Shown here piece after piece: positions 25,635 to 37,400 of a DNA stretch of 64,000 nucleotides. A model generated the notes under the pieces. The model was given only the letters and a program-made list of their open reading frames with translations, had not been told where the DNA came from and searched no databases. This stretch comes from Phoronis australis (lineage: Eukaryota; Animalia; Phoronida): contig NMRA01000010.1 in assembly GCA_002633005.1 (NCBI GenBank), forward strand, positions 799,252-863,251, in the 5' to 3' direction. How positions within the stretch are numbered: the first letter of the stretch is position 1; each line of letters begins with the position of its first letter. The position numbers were made by a program, and so were the translations under genes.

Positions 25635-28504
25635 TTGTCTGTCAGCCATTCGCTGAAATCATTGCAGTTGACTTTACCAGTTAAATGTGATTAAACAGCG
25701 AGTGCAGTTGGTACTGCCAGTAAAACTGCCATCGCTAAGGTTATGAGCTTGATTCCCCGTTTAAGACAGCTTTCAGGAAACTACTTTTCTAGTTGACTAG
25801 TATTGTTGACACGGAACGAGGTGATTGTGCGCAACTTGCTCTGTCTGGGAAACTGGTAACTACGTTAGACATCACGTTCTCAACTCGTTCCTTGTTAACT
25901 CCTGTTTACACGGATAGTTGTACCGTGCCAACTCGTTCCGTGTCAGGTATTCCTGTAAACCAGTGTTGTGTAAATGAGACTTGAGTTATACCTCGAAAGT
26001 TCTCATCATTATGCGATTATATTTCACCATTGTTTTTAAACCTGGCTCACTGTTTTCTCTTAGACCACGTGTTTCCGTCAAGAGGCCATTGCCCTATACA
26101 GCTTTAGCTTAGCCCTCATCGTTACGTGAAAATTGCGCTAATGAACTCTTCACCAATATTACTTGGCCGATTACACGCTACAAGAATGGTATCCCTTACT
26201 GCTTAAAGCAATAAACGAGTCACGCGCAAATGGCTACTGCAAAATATAGATTGTGATGTAACGCTTAACATGATTAAACCCAATTTGCAGTACCCGCGAC
26301 CACCAAACTTAACTGAAACCTAGCCATAACTATTCAGCGGGGTGGGGGGGGGGAGGGGGGTGAACACGAAATTGTTGCCGACATGGGTGACGGGTATAAA
26401 ATTAACGGCAACCTGGGAGTACTTTGCACAAAACAGAGAGGCAAATGCGAAATTGAATCGACCGAAAGATGGATTTTTTGCAATGAACGGGACGTAATAG
26501 TGAGACAAAATTCCGGAAGTAACTTTTAATTAGGCACTTCCGTGATTTCAATTTGGATTCTTTTGTGCACATTTCAGTTTTAAAGCTATACTATACACGG
26601 CCGTGTTCCGCGTGCGTGTATTTATTTCAGTAAGAATAACTAAATTTCGCATTTGCTCAATTTTACCACGGATCATCATTTAATTATAATTAATTACATT
26701 ATGCTTGTTGATCAATAATAGTCGCTTTGATTCTCATTGCCACTCGGCAAATTCATTTATCGCTGTCCGGTACTCATCATTGAAAAGGCGTAACGAGAAC
26801 TGTTCGTTTCCCTGCCTTTGCGTATCCATTTATTCAGTTGTACATGTAAGTTGTATGATTGCGCCTTACTAAATTTAAAGTTAATTGGACGCTATTTCGG
26901 TATCACGAATATTACTTGGGCACATGTTTTCACCCAAAAAAACTCGTCATTGAAGAGTTCCAGTGACTTCAATCTACTTATAATGTAACGCTTTTCAATT
27001 CATTTTACTTGTCACCGAATTCTCTACGTTCAACCATAAAACCGTAAAAAGTCGATTATAAAATTTAATCATCATTTTGCTGCCCTGCTTATTAATACAC
27101 GACCTTGCAAATATCACGTGACCAACGGTTGTCCTGCAAAGCACTATCAGTTTTGTAGCCGAAAAACGCAGTTTTATTATTATTGTTGGATGGGATAGAC
27201 TGAAATTATTTCTATTAGTTTCGTCAGTCGAAAAATATCACGCCCAGATATCTTTCTAGCGCCTTTGGCCTTAACTTCAATTATTGTGCATTATATTTTT
27301 CACATTAAATATTAAAAAAGATATCACTAAAATATAAATATTTCATAACGTTCAGCCTGTTTGTTTTTGCCTTATTGTACTAATAAATTCTAGAAAGTTT
27401 TACAAAGGGTTGCAGCTCAGTTGAGTGAGCACCCATAATGCACGAGTTAGCTGTCAATCACTACAGTGGCCATTTAAGGTGGTGGTGCACCACCAAAATG
27501 AAAATTTTACAAAAAAATCATATGAAATTCAGTTAAGTTGTGTTGATTGAACATTATTTGGGATTACGTTTCGACTGAGCGTTAAAATCCGATTGATGAT
27601 ATTTTTTACCTAAAATTAAGTGGAAAGGATTTAAAATCAAACGTATATGGGAATGACCCCAAAGTATATTTAAAGTTTTACTAAGCACTATTTTGGCTAG
27701 TCAAAAATGACGGAGTCCAAACTAAGAAAAAATAAAATAAAACAGTACACTTATGAGCTGCGAGACAACCTTATAGGAAACAAGAAGTGTTCAAGATGCT
27801 ACGTCTCAATAAAACTATGAACATTCAAATTGGTAGCGAGCGCCACCAAGCAGTGACTTCCTAGAGAACTATCTGTACAAGAATAATCGGGAAAAGAAAC
27901 AATTCATAAATAAATTGCGGTTTTGAAGAAAACGCTACAGCTGATGCACTTAAGTGAAGTGTGCCCATATTAAAGAATTCCAAATATTACGCAATTGTTA
28001 TTTGATAGTTATTTAAACAAATGATACCTTTCCGTTTTCTTCTCGCGCTACCCCTCACTGCTCTGTTCTATTGTCAAGGTGCATTCGTTATTGTTATAAA
28101 AATATTTCGGTTATTGCAGTTTTTAAAAATACTTTGACAGATTGCAATGCTGTGAAATTCCGTGTACTAATTCATAATGAAATATTGGACTTCTTGAAAA
28201 TAGCTATCTATGCTCCAGTGTCCTGCATGGTGCTTTTTGATTTGACACTTTGATTGACTTATTTTTTTCTATTTTAAATTTCTCATAAAAAGAAAACAAT
28301 TGTTAAATATATGTTTACCCAAAAAGAGGATAACCACCACTGACAAATACTGGCATTCACTGCCACTCAACGTGTTCGCCAGATGAAACATGAAGAAGGT
28401 TTCAACATTTTCACATCCACATTGCTGTTAATGTTACGAACTTTTTTGATAATGAAATTCATGTTTTACCGAAACCCAAACCTTATAAGTTGTACTTTGA
28501 ACTA

Positions 28505-28549
28505 CCGGCGTTGTAGAGAAGTACGAGTACATTTTTGAGGCACCCTGTA
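28505..28549 (-). mobile_element. Solo mariner-like TIR fragment; related fragment at 33111-33135
   Basis: Minus strand tacagggtgcctcaaaaatgtactc vs tacagggtttctcaaacttgtactc at 33111; the two face away from each other, so they are separate remnants. Confidence 0.4.
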
Positions 28550-29825
28550 GTGTTTCATATTGTCTCTGCCAGTGTCTAGCCTTTTCCGACATTTTATAGA
28601 ATTTATTGCTGTTGTACTGCGAACTGTAAACAATGTTATTGTATACGTTCAAGCACGTGCTGTAGTTCTTACGTAACAAATTGCACATATAAAGAAGACA
28701 TTTGGCACCAGAACTTACATAGCTTGTTATCTTGATATCCTACTTACGTATTATTACTGTTTGCGAGTGTAGTGAGTGCATTTCTCCATATTTAACTTGC
28801 TGCAACGAAATAAAATCGGTTTCGTTGTATTCCTTTGTCCATAGTGTCATTTCCGAAGTACATCGAAACCATCAGGGACTCAAGAAAACGCTTCAAAGTT
28901 CATTAGGGCTGGACAACACTAAATTTACGAATTCGAAAATGGCGCATTGCCTATGACACGAGTTGGTGACGGCAATAAAACCCAATTACGGTAAGGGATA
29001 CTAGATAAGGGACTTTATGAGAGTAATTTGATTTTCATTCTTTACCCAGCTATACAGGGCTACATGAAGCTTTACTTTCACAAACCTTATCATAAATAAC
29101 TCATAGATCAAGCGTTTTGATCTATACCCCTCTTAACGCCGTCGGTAGGGTGCGCGTTCTTCACCTTTGTCCTAGTTGTTGGAACCTTTAAAAATGTTGT
29201 TTTATCCACAAACTCTGTATACCGTATTCGTCCCTGTCCAGGTGTCACAGCACTGCGTTACTGAGTGAAATAATTCTGAAAAGCATATTTTACTTGCGCA
29301 ATTCTGTAATGGCACTGCCACGCTGAAAAAAATTGTCGGCGTTCAGAGGAAAATATTTCCGCCATGGAAGAACAGCAAACGACATATGGGAAGTTATTCG
29401 AACATTTTGGAAATTTGATACTTATGTTTTAATCTGAGTAAATTTATTAAATAAATCAAGCCATACAAAATGCGCATTCTGTCAACTCGCGTCAAAATTC
29501 AACAAAACACCCAGACTTAATTTTTGGAGCTCGATATTTTTTCAGTATTTCAAACTTCAACATCATTTTTTATTAGATTGTTTTTAAAACTGGCAGCGGA
29601 TCATCCATGGATTAGAAGTTTCTTTTCATTTTTGTAGTTGCCTTCAATTTTCATATACATAGATCAGAAACTTTGCTGGCTACAATAGCTAAAAAGCTAA
29701 AAGAAGCACAGCGCCACCTACCCGTTTTCAAAAAATCAGAACCAACTATGATTTTGGAAATGGAGACGCCATACCATCACACGTATGGCAACGCAATATA
29801 TCTGAAGGCATCAACAAATTAACAG

Positions 29826-29910
29826 AAAAATCAAGAACGTCGACTGGGAATCGAACCACAAGTCTCTAGATTGCAGATTAAGTGCTCTCACCACTGAGTA
29901 ACTGAGGACC
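29826..29910 (-). pseudogene. tRNA-like (pseudo-tRNA/SINE head) unit with GCA anticodon-like loop and T5 terminator
   Basis: Minus strand ggtcctcagttactcagtggtgagagcacttaatctgcaatctagagacttgtggttcgattcccagtcgacgttcttgattttt: A box, B box, poorly paired stems. Confidence 0.6.
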
Positions 29911-30245
29911 CAGTATCTGTGGATTTACTGTTTGCAGCCAACTGTTATGTCATACATCCCATGAGCAGCGTTTTGCATTCTTCACACGAGATTTGGACAT
30001 TTATATAGTCAGCAATTTACCACTATGTGTTAGCAAATATATAAGACGCTGATATTAACCAACAATGAATCAAAATAAAGAAAACAGGCCAAGATCATCG
30101 TCTATATATTTACTATATCGAATTAAAACATACTGGTAATTTGCTTATTATATAATTGTCGTAGTCTCGTGTGAAAAAGGTGAAATGCCGCTCATGGGAT
30201 GGACGACATAACAGTTGGCTGCAAACAATAATTACACAGATATCC

Positions 30246-30336
30246 GGTCCTCAGTACCTCAGTGGTAAGAGTACTATACCATTACCTGCAATGTGGTGAC
30301 CTGTGGTTCAATTCCCAGTTCGGGTTCCTGATTTTT
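30246..30336 (+). pseudogene. tRNA-like (pseudo-tRNA/SINE head) unit, mirror copy, with T5 terminator
   Basis: ggtcctcagtacctcagtggtaagagtact...ctgcaat...ggttcaattcccagttcgggttcctgattttt. Confidence 0.6.
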
Positions 30337-31699
30337 CTGTGTTTATTTGTTCATTTTAGTTCACTATTGGCCAATATCAGCTCCATACATTTACTATATA
30401 TGGTTGCATGTACAACGCCCCTTGTGAGATTTATGCATGCTATTGTTAAAAGGGCATTGAACTCGTACCTTGTGTCACAAAACTTTGATTTAGGTCACTT
30501 ACTGCTGTAAAGCCAGTCTCGACTTCCTCCTTGGTCAGGCACGAAATGATTGCTTAAGGCTTGAGTACTGATAAGCCGTTATTGCTTCAGACGAGGCGCA
30601 CGTGAAGCTGCTTGTTACGGGAGTTTCGTACGGTTGCCAATATATGTATAGCCTGGCTGTCAGGGGAATTGTAGGTGTTTCCAAAGACAATGCGCTGCTT
30701 TTTAAAACCAGATCACGACGTATAACGGCTTTAGGTTGCAAGATTTTAATAAAATCCACATTTCGCAACGTGAAATTTTACGCGATCCGAAAGCATGGGA
30801 GCGTATAGGCTTGGCGTGCACTCGGGAGAACATGGGACGGTGTCTCGCAGGATGTTTGGGGACATTTGTGAGAATTCATGCGTGTTAATGTGAAATTCTG
30901 GTAGTCTAAGGTATTAATGTCTTTTTTCCATTTCTCTCTGGTCAGAAGTTTTATTTTTCATTACCAGAGGTACAATGATGCCTCTTTCTGTTTGGCGCAG
31001 AACATCATGATTTCATCGTCAAGAAAAAATGACACCGGAACGGAGAATGGTAGTAAAACTTAAAATGAAGATCAAAAACTCGACACGAAACCATTTTCGG
31101 GTTGGGTCGCAAGCACGTCGGGATTTTCTCTCAGAGCAAAATGTTGCAAATGACCTAAATGTGGTCGTTTTTCACGTTTGAATTTAACAACTACCCTCAT
31201 AAACCACGTTCAATGAACTGTGTGCCAGTCAAAGCCGAGTTACGACTATCTTAGCTAACATCAAGTGCACGGCCTTTGTTTGAAAGGGCGTCAGATAAGG
31301 AGGTTGTATCTAAAAAGCTGTAGCGAAACCTGAGATCTAAAACCGATAGAAATTTTTATTCTTAGTTCAGGTTCCAGCGGCGATGAGTTGTCTCCGATAG
31401 CCGATCCTGCGTTTTGTAAATGTACAGATCAATCCAGAGGTTCACTTAGATTGCACTGTCACTGCACCCTGAATATCAGTTCGTTTAAAAACACCGGGAT
31501 AAAGGTGTGTAAGTTGGAAGTGAACTAGACAAGTGAATAGATAAGCTTGTTTTCAACCACAAGAGACGCAGTTGATTAGTTAGAGATCTTGTTCTTCGGT
31601 TTGGTTCATTATTGCCTATCTTTAAATTTGATAGCAGGGGGTATTGTCAGTTCTTGACCAGATGGTCTATAGAGATTTAAATAAGAAAAACAATATGCT

Positions 31700-32014
31700 G
31701 TGCTTCATATTACAACGTTTCGATATTCCTCAATATCATCAAGATGTATAATTATGTAGTCAGTACGAAATGCAATGAGCTCATCATGGTACAATTTGTA
31801 CAAGGGGAGACAAATCCATAACCCATTACTTCAGATGACTGCATCCAAACATCCAAACACAGCTCTAGCTTGTATACCCCAATGTCACGGGACCTCTTTG
31901 GCATTGCTGTTTATGCTGACTGTCTCACAGATTAACATATGTTATTGCACGTGTGTACTGAAAGATACCTGATGATGATATTGAGAACTATCGAAACGTC
32001 ATAATATGAAGCAC
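31700..32014. mobile_element. Penelope-like inverted pseudo-LTR remnant with hammerhead-like cores
   Basis: 31700-31741 is the near reverse complement of ~31973-32014. The right arm has CTGATGA-T-GATA-ttgagaac-TATC-GAAAC-GTC. Confidence 0.55.
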
Positions 32015-34437
32015 GAAGTCTTTTTGTTATCCAACTTTCTGTTGATATCAGAGGGTGAATCATGGTTAGGCCGTTATGTCGCAGTACTTTGAGTATGCTG
32101 TCGCTTCAAATGTGAACAGAAATATTTATGCGTGATTGCGCAGTTGGCAACAAAAGTTCTTTTGTTAGTTGGCATCGTACTGGCCGACCCAGAATTATTT
32201 GAATCTTTTCTTTATAATCAGTTAGCGTAGGGTTATTCATAGAATATACCAACAATAATTAATGTTTGTTTGATTAAGGCCGTTATGTAATGATTGAGTT
32301 CCCAAGTTTTCCTACACATAGGCTAATGTCGGTGTACCTTTGTGTTTACTCTTACGAATCAGAAGTTATGGCCGGCTCACTCAAGTCTCCTCGAGACATT
32401 GCCATGTAGAAGCAGTGCACGTTATCTCACAAGCTTTCACCCCTCAATTCGGGGTCTATGGTCCTGCTGTCGTTTTTCCAAATGCATTATGGGGCGGTTG
32501 TCTGTTCGTAAACATCCGGTGGCATCACACAAAACTTGGTGACTTGTAAACAAGTGCTGGAATACAGCCCTTGAGCTCACCATAATTGAAAGCACGCGCC
32601 CTTTGTAACATGCGTTTTGGAGCGAGTACAACTAAACAACATTATAAGAAATCTTTTGGGCGAGAGATCCTCGAGGCCGGCATGCGTCATCTCATCACGC
32701 AATAGTTAAACTGGTAAAATCTCAGTCTTTACCTAAAATGTACCCCAGTCATGTGTTCTGCATACACAATGATCTCGCAAAAGCGCAAAATTACGCATGT
32801 TTCCGCAACATATCTCCATTAATCACATTGGGTTTACTCGCGTCTGCGGAACACCACCCTCCAAAGTTTCAGTGATTTCAGAGGATGTTCGTAAGCCCAA
32901 CCGCCCACAGTGAGAAACGATTTCAGCGCCGCTAGTGAGTAAATTTTGACATCGATGAAATCCTCCCTATTCTTGAGTGTCTCTCTGGAGGCCACTTACT
33001 CCAAGTGTAGAAACAATCGTCTGCCATTGTTTAATCACTGTCCTTAATATACTGTCGACAGCAACAACAGCAGTCAAAATTATTTATAGTGATAACATCC
33101 ACCATCATTATACAGGGTTTCTCAAACTTGTACTCATACAAAACTTCACAAAGGATTATATTTTCTAAAGACTAATATTATTACAAAATAAAGTAAACAA
33201 TTGAAGTCCCGTGATCTTGTATGAGGAGGGAACGTATTTGAATGATTCTCATTTCACTGCTGACATGACCTAAGTTGTCAACCGCTCTTCTGTTGTGATA
33301 GTTCGAATCGTTGGTTTTGACCTGTGTTTGCTGTGTGGAAGCACCTCCAAATCACTCCTTCGTTGGGTTCTTAGTCCTAGGATACGTTGCACGTGCAAAT
33401 GACATGCTCAAAGAAGACGCATGCTTTATCGATGACATCATCAAGCTAGTCAAAATCTAACTGTAATACCCAATAGGTGACACAATTTCGCAATGTCAGC
33501 GTGAGTTGACATTTGGTCTGGGTTCGGAAAGGGGCAACTTTTGAAATCTTGAAATATATTTGACCGTAAGTTTCTGCACTGAAGTTTTGATAGATTACAT
33601 TTTTTAATGTACTTTTTGGTCTTCTCACCCCACTCACATTGGTAGGAGATCAAGATTACTACCAAATCGTGATGTTTCTCATTTCTTGTTCTTTAGCCTG
33701 AAATTTGTATATCCAACAATCAAGCTTTTTTCTGAGGACAGTTGCTAACGGCGAAATTCCACTTACAGGTACACCGTTTTAACAATTTTGTTTCTAAAAA
33801 CAAATATTATCTTCTTCTTTGTAAATTAGTTGTTGTGTTTTCTCTCAGCAAATTTGAAAATTTATCAATGAAAACATTAAATATTACCAGCGACGTGTAG
33901 CTTCATACATTAACAGCTATATATATTGCGTTTGTAAATAATCAAGTTAAAAGTATTGATATGTAACATGAAGACGCCAAATGTTAAACTATTGCTTTAA
34001 TGATAATAGGCACACTGATTCTTCTTAAATGACACAGATGACAGTATTGATAGAATTATAACATTGGGCATCGTTTGTTTGGTGCTTTTGATTTTGTTAT
34101 TGGTGTTCTTGTACTGAGATCAATCAGATAGTTGCTTCGCTTTTACGTCCAGGCAAAAACAAGACATTTTTATTGGTTTTCAGCGCCAAAGGCAGGTCGC
34201 TGTGCAAGTATGGCAAACCTACTTACTAATTATCAATTTCTCTCTGACGTTGTTTTCTAGCTAATGGGTTGCCAGCTCCAATGTTTACGTGACGTTTGCG
34301 CAATTTTGTTTATATTTAGACTCTGCGCACTTTCAGATATTCATTGCCACTTAATGCAAAGATATCGGGTAAGTAATATCCTGCGCGTTATTTAAGCGTT
34401 GTCTCCAAAATCATCGGCTCGTGCTGGATCAGCCTAT

Positions 34438-34491
34438 ATGGCCTAAATAGCAAACCATATAACCATGGCCTAAATAGCAAACCATATAACC
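34438..34491 (+). repeat. 27-bp perfect tandem duplication (atggcctaaatagcaaaccatataacc x2)
   Basis: Direct inspection. Confidence 0.9.
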
Positions 34492-37400
34492 AATAAATTC
34501 GCTGCGAAAACTGCTTAACGGCAATTCAAATTAGATTCATGATTTCCACTTATGACTAGTTATCATTTCGGTGGTAGAGTCATAATTAATATTAATTATT
34601 TTAAATTTGCTCATGATTTGTAGTAACATTCGTCGTCGTTAGTGCTTTAACTTGCTTATGACCTTTTTACGAAAACTGCCGGACGAGACGGAATATTCGC
34701 CAACTTGAGTTCGTTGCGTTAGAATTTGCGATTTTTCTTTCCCTACACTTACCAGCATCAGAGTTGTGGTGTTTTAGGTCGTAGTCTGAGTAACCTTCGT
34801 CACAAAACGCTAAACGATTTTTCGTAAGCATATCGATTTCATGTTTCATACACAATTTATTTTGACATATTTGAAAAATAGCCAAATAAATTTTCTCGCC
34901 AACGAGACGGGCGGTGATCCACGGCGCGAACACTCGTTGCTTGCGCTGTGTGTCATAGTAAGCCGTCTTGCATATATCATTCTCTGTCACAAAATATCAG
35001 GAAGAATTAATTAGAGCTCCTCGTGGGATTAATTATTCGTGTATTTTAACAGCACGTTTACAGATTTGTGACAAGAGTTACGAACAGACCTGAGCTGGCA
35101 TTATCAAGAGTCGTGTTTTGTTGAGTGTCTTAGTCACGCCAACTTCTTGAAATCCACTCACGTGCATTAAATCTCCGCACCAGGGGTCGCTGGTTCGAAA
35201 TTGATATCTGCATGGCAGTGTATAAGTTTTGAAAAATACATTATGCGAAGCCTAGACTATTACTTATTTAATTATGTATAGATCTGTCTCTACACTGAGT
35301 CATAAAGGACCAGCTGGCTAACTTGAATTAAAAATTCATGCATACGAGTAGAAATTTTCAAATTTGTACACACACGCGCATGCCTGAACGGTCGCTCACA
35401 TAGAGGGCGACACATTTGTTCGAACTTCCCGAGATTTCTATAATTGCTCAGACACTAATGGGACGAAGAGAATAAGATGTATCCCGCTCTGCGTCTTACA
35501 CTGCTTTTACGTCATTATAGTAAATCCTCAAAAGTCTGAAAGTGAAAGTGACGTGTCGATGTGTAATGCCAAGAAAGCTACAGTAGACGGGTTGGTGGCC
35601 ACCGGCTTTTCAGTTTGTACGACATCCCGAGAGTCTATGATCCTACCTTCATGTGCCTGTCCTTACCAGTGCCGTATTTGCGTGTAATTTTGGTCAAATA
35701 CATTTAACGTAGGACTAATTTAACAAAAACAGACCCTTGTAGAATTTGTTTACAGCACGTCTTCACGACATGTTGTATGTGGGTATTTACACTGGAGCAC
35801 AAATCGCCCATGACCTGTTTGAAAGTCCGATCTTTGAGTCTGAAGCAGATCGATAGCTCATACAATGTCGCGTTTGTGCGATTGATTCGGATCACAGTTG
35901 TATGAAAGCAATACCCAGTGATAATTGTACGTGGTGATGTATCTCTGTTATTGTAACAAACTATGGAAGACCCCAGAAGTGATGTAAAGTAGATTTAGAA
36001 ATGGGACACTGTAACTACATGTATAGGTACGGTAACTTGCTTATAATTGATTTTCGAAGTGGAGACATTAGTGCTTACTCGCGTAATTACTTGAGTAATT
36101 GAGAGCGTTTCTCTAGAGGGCCGCTTACGTGTTGATAGGATTACATATCGTAAACTAAGGGGTCATTTGCATCGATTCCACACGGGATGGCCGTGCTTGA
36201 GTACCGGCTTGAGTAGTAGGTGACTCGCAACCAACTTGCTGTTACGACCACGTCGTTTCTGCAGATTGTTTACGCCAACGGTCAACGGCTACCGTGCGAC
36301 AGTTTCGTGACTTGGTATTCAGAGCGCTGGCCCTTTGAATCAATACATCTTGCCAGTTTATTAAGTAATATACCATTCATTCAGGTCTTATTTGTCGCGC
36401 GTTTATGAGCCTCTTGATGGTCTCCGACACTGGCATAGGTTAATAGGGTGATCCCGAGGAATTAAAGAAAACAACACCACTTTAATATCAAGGGATAAAT
36501 ACCAGATCCAGAAATTCAAGTTAAGTAGCTCGTCAGCCACATATTGACAATGTCGAACATTTGACAGAGTACTCTGTGATAGTTGGAAAGTGAGGTCGTG
36601 ACGGATTTTTAATTAAAAACGGATTTGTCAGTGATGTCAAAGGAGTTGGATTAATAACGAATACTTGAAAGCGATAATTTATAGACGGAGGCTGGGAAAT
36701 TATGACAATGATCGTTTACTTGTGCTAGTGACGAATTATACGATTTTCCAATGGAAGTCCGGAATCTATTGTACACTTAGACAATTTGTGCAGAAAAGTG
36801 GAGTCTAATCTAGCCGCTAGCGTTATCCACGGCGATCAGTCTGGATAACTCGCATGGGATCATCACGGCAGTTTTCAAGGATCACGTGAGTACATGCCTG
36901 GCGTCTCAACTACACAAACTCTGCATTACCGGCATGGCACAAACATTTTTCCAACTACACCCGTTTGAACTTCGAATGTTCTTTCGCATTGTTTTGGTAA
37001 CTTTAAGTTATTTTACCAAGCGTTTTGACATGAACCAAATCAGCCACAGAAAGTTTCTGTTTTGATCATCAGGGAGCAGTTCTCGGGGATGTTACTTGAA
37101 GAATTTCCAAATCAATTTGAACGTTTCTTACGATATCATGGGCCAGTGAGAGACGATTGGATGTTGATTGCGTAGGGATAGGGACACTATGCGGCACCCC
37201 TTCGCCGCATTTACATATCTTCCATTTGTCCTGTAGTTTAACCATGTTTCAGCTTCGGTGCGACTGCATTTAACATTTATATTGACGACTCTCCCTGCAT
37301 CGACTGTATGTTTCCTACTAGGAAAAATCATATACGTGTTCAGCTATAAATTTGTTAAATTGAAAGACAGCTAATCATAAACGCGGAAGAGCGTCTTTGA

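Larger units (their letters stand above)
29813..30351. repeat. Palindromic element: ~240-bp inverted arms around a ~60-bp spacer, each arm with a tRNA-like unit
   Basis: 29813-30048 aligns to the reverse complement of 30109-30351, e.g. tgtttgcagccaactgttatgtc, catcccatgagc, ttcacacgaga, cagaaaaatca. Confidence 0.9.

Noticed and set aside
29826-30336. Functional tRNA-Cys genes
   Set aside because: Acceptor and anticodon stems do not pair properly; treated as tRNA-like only.
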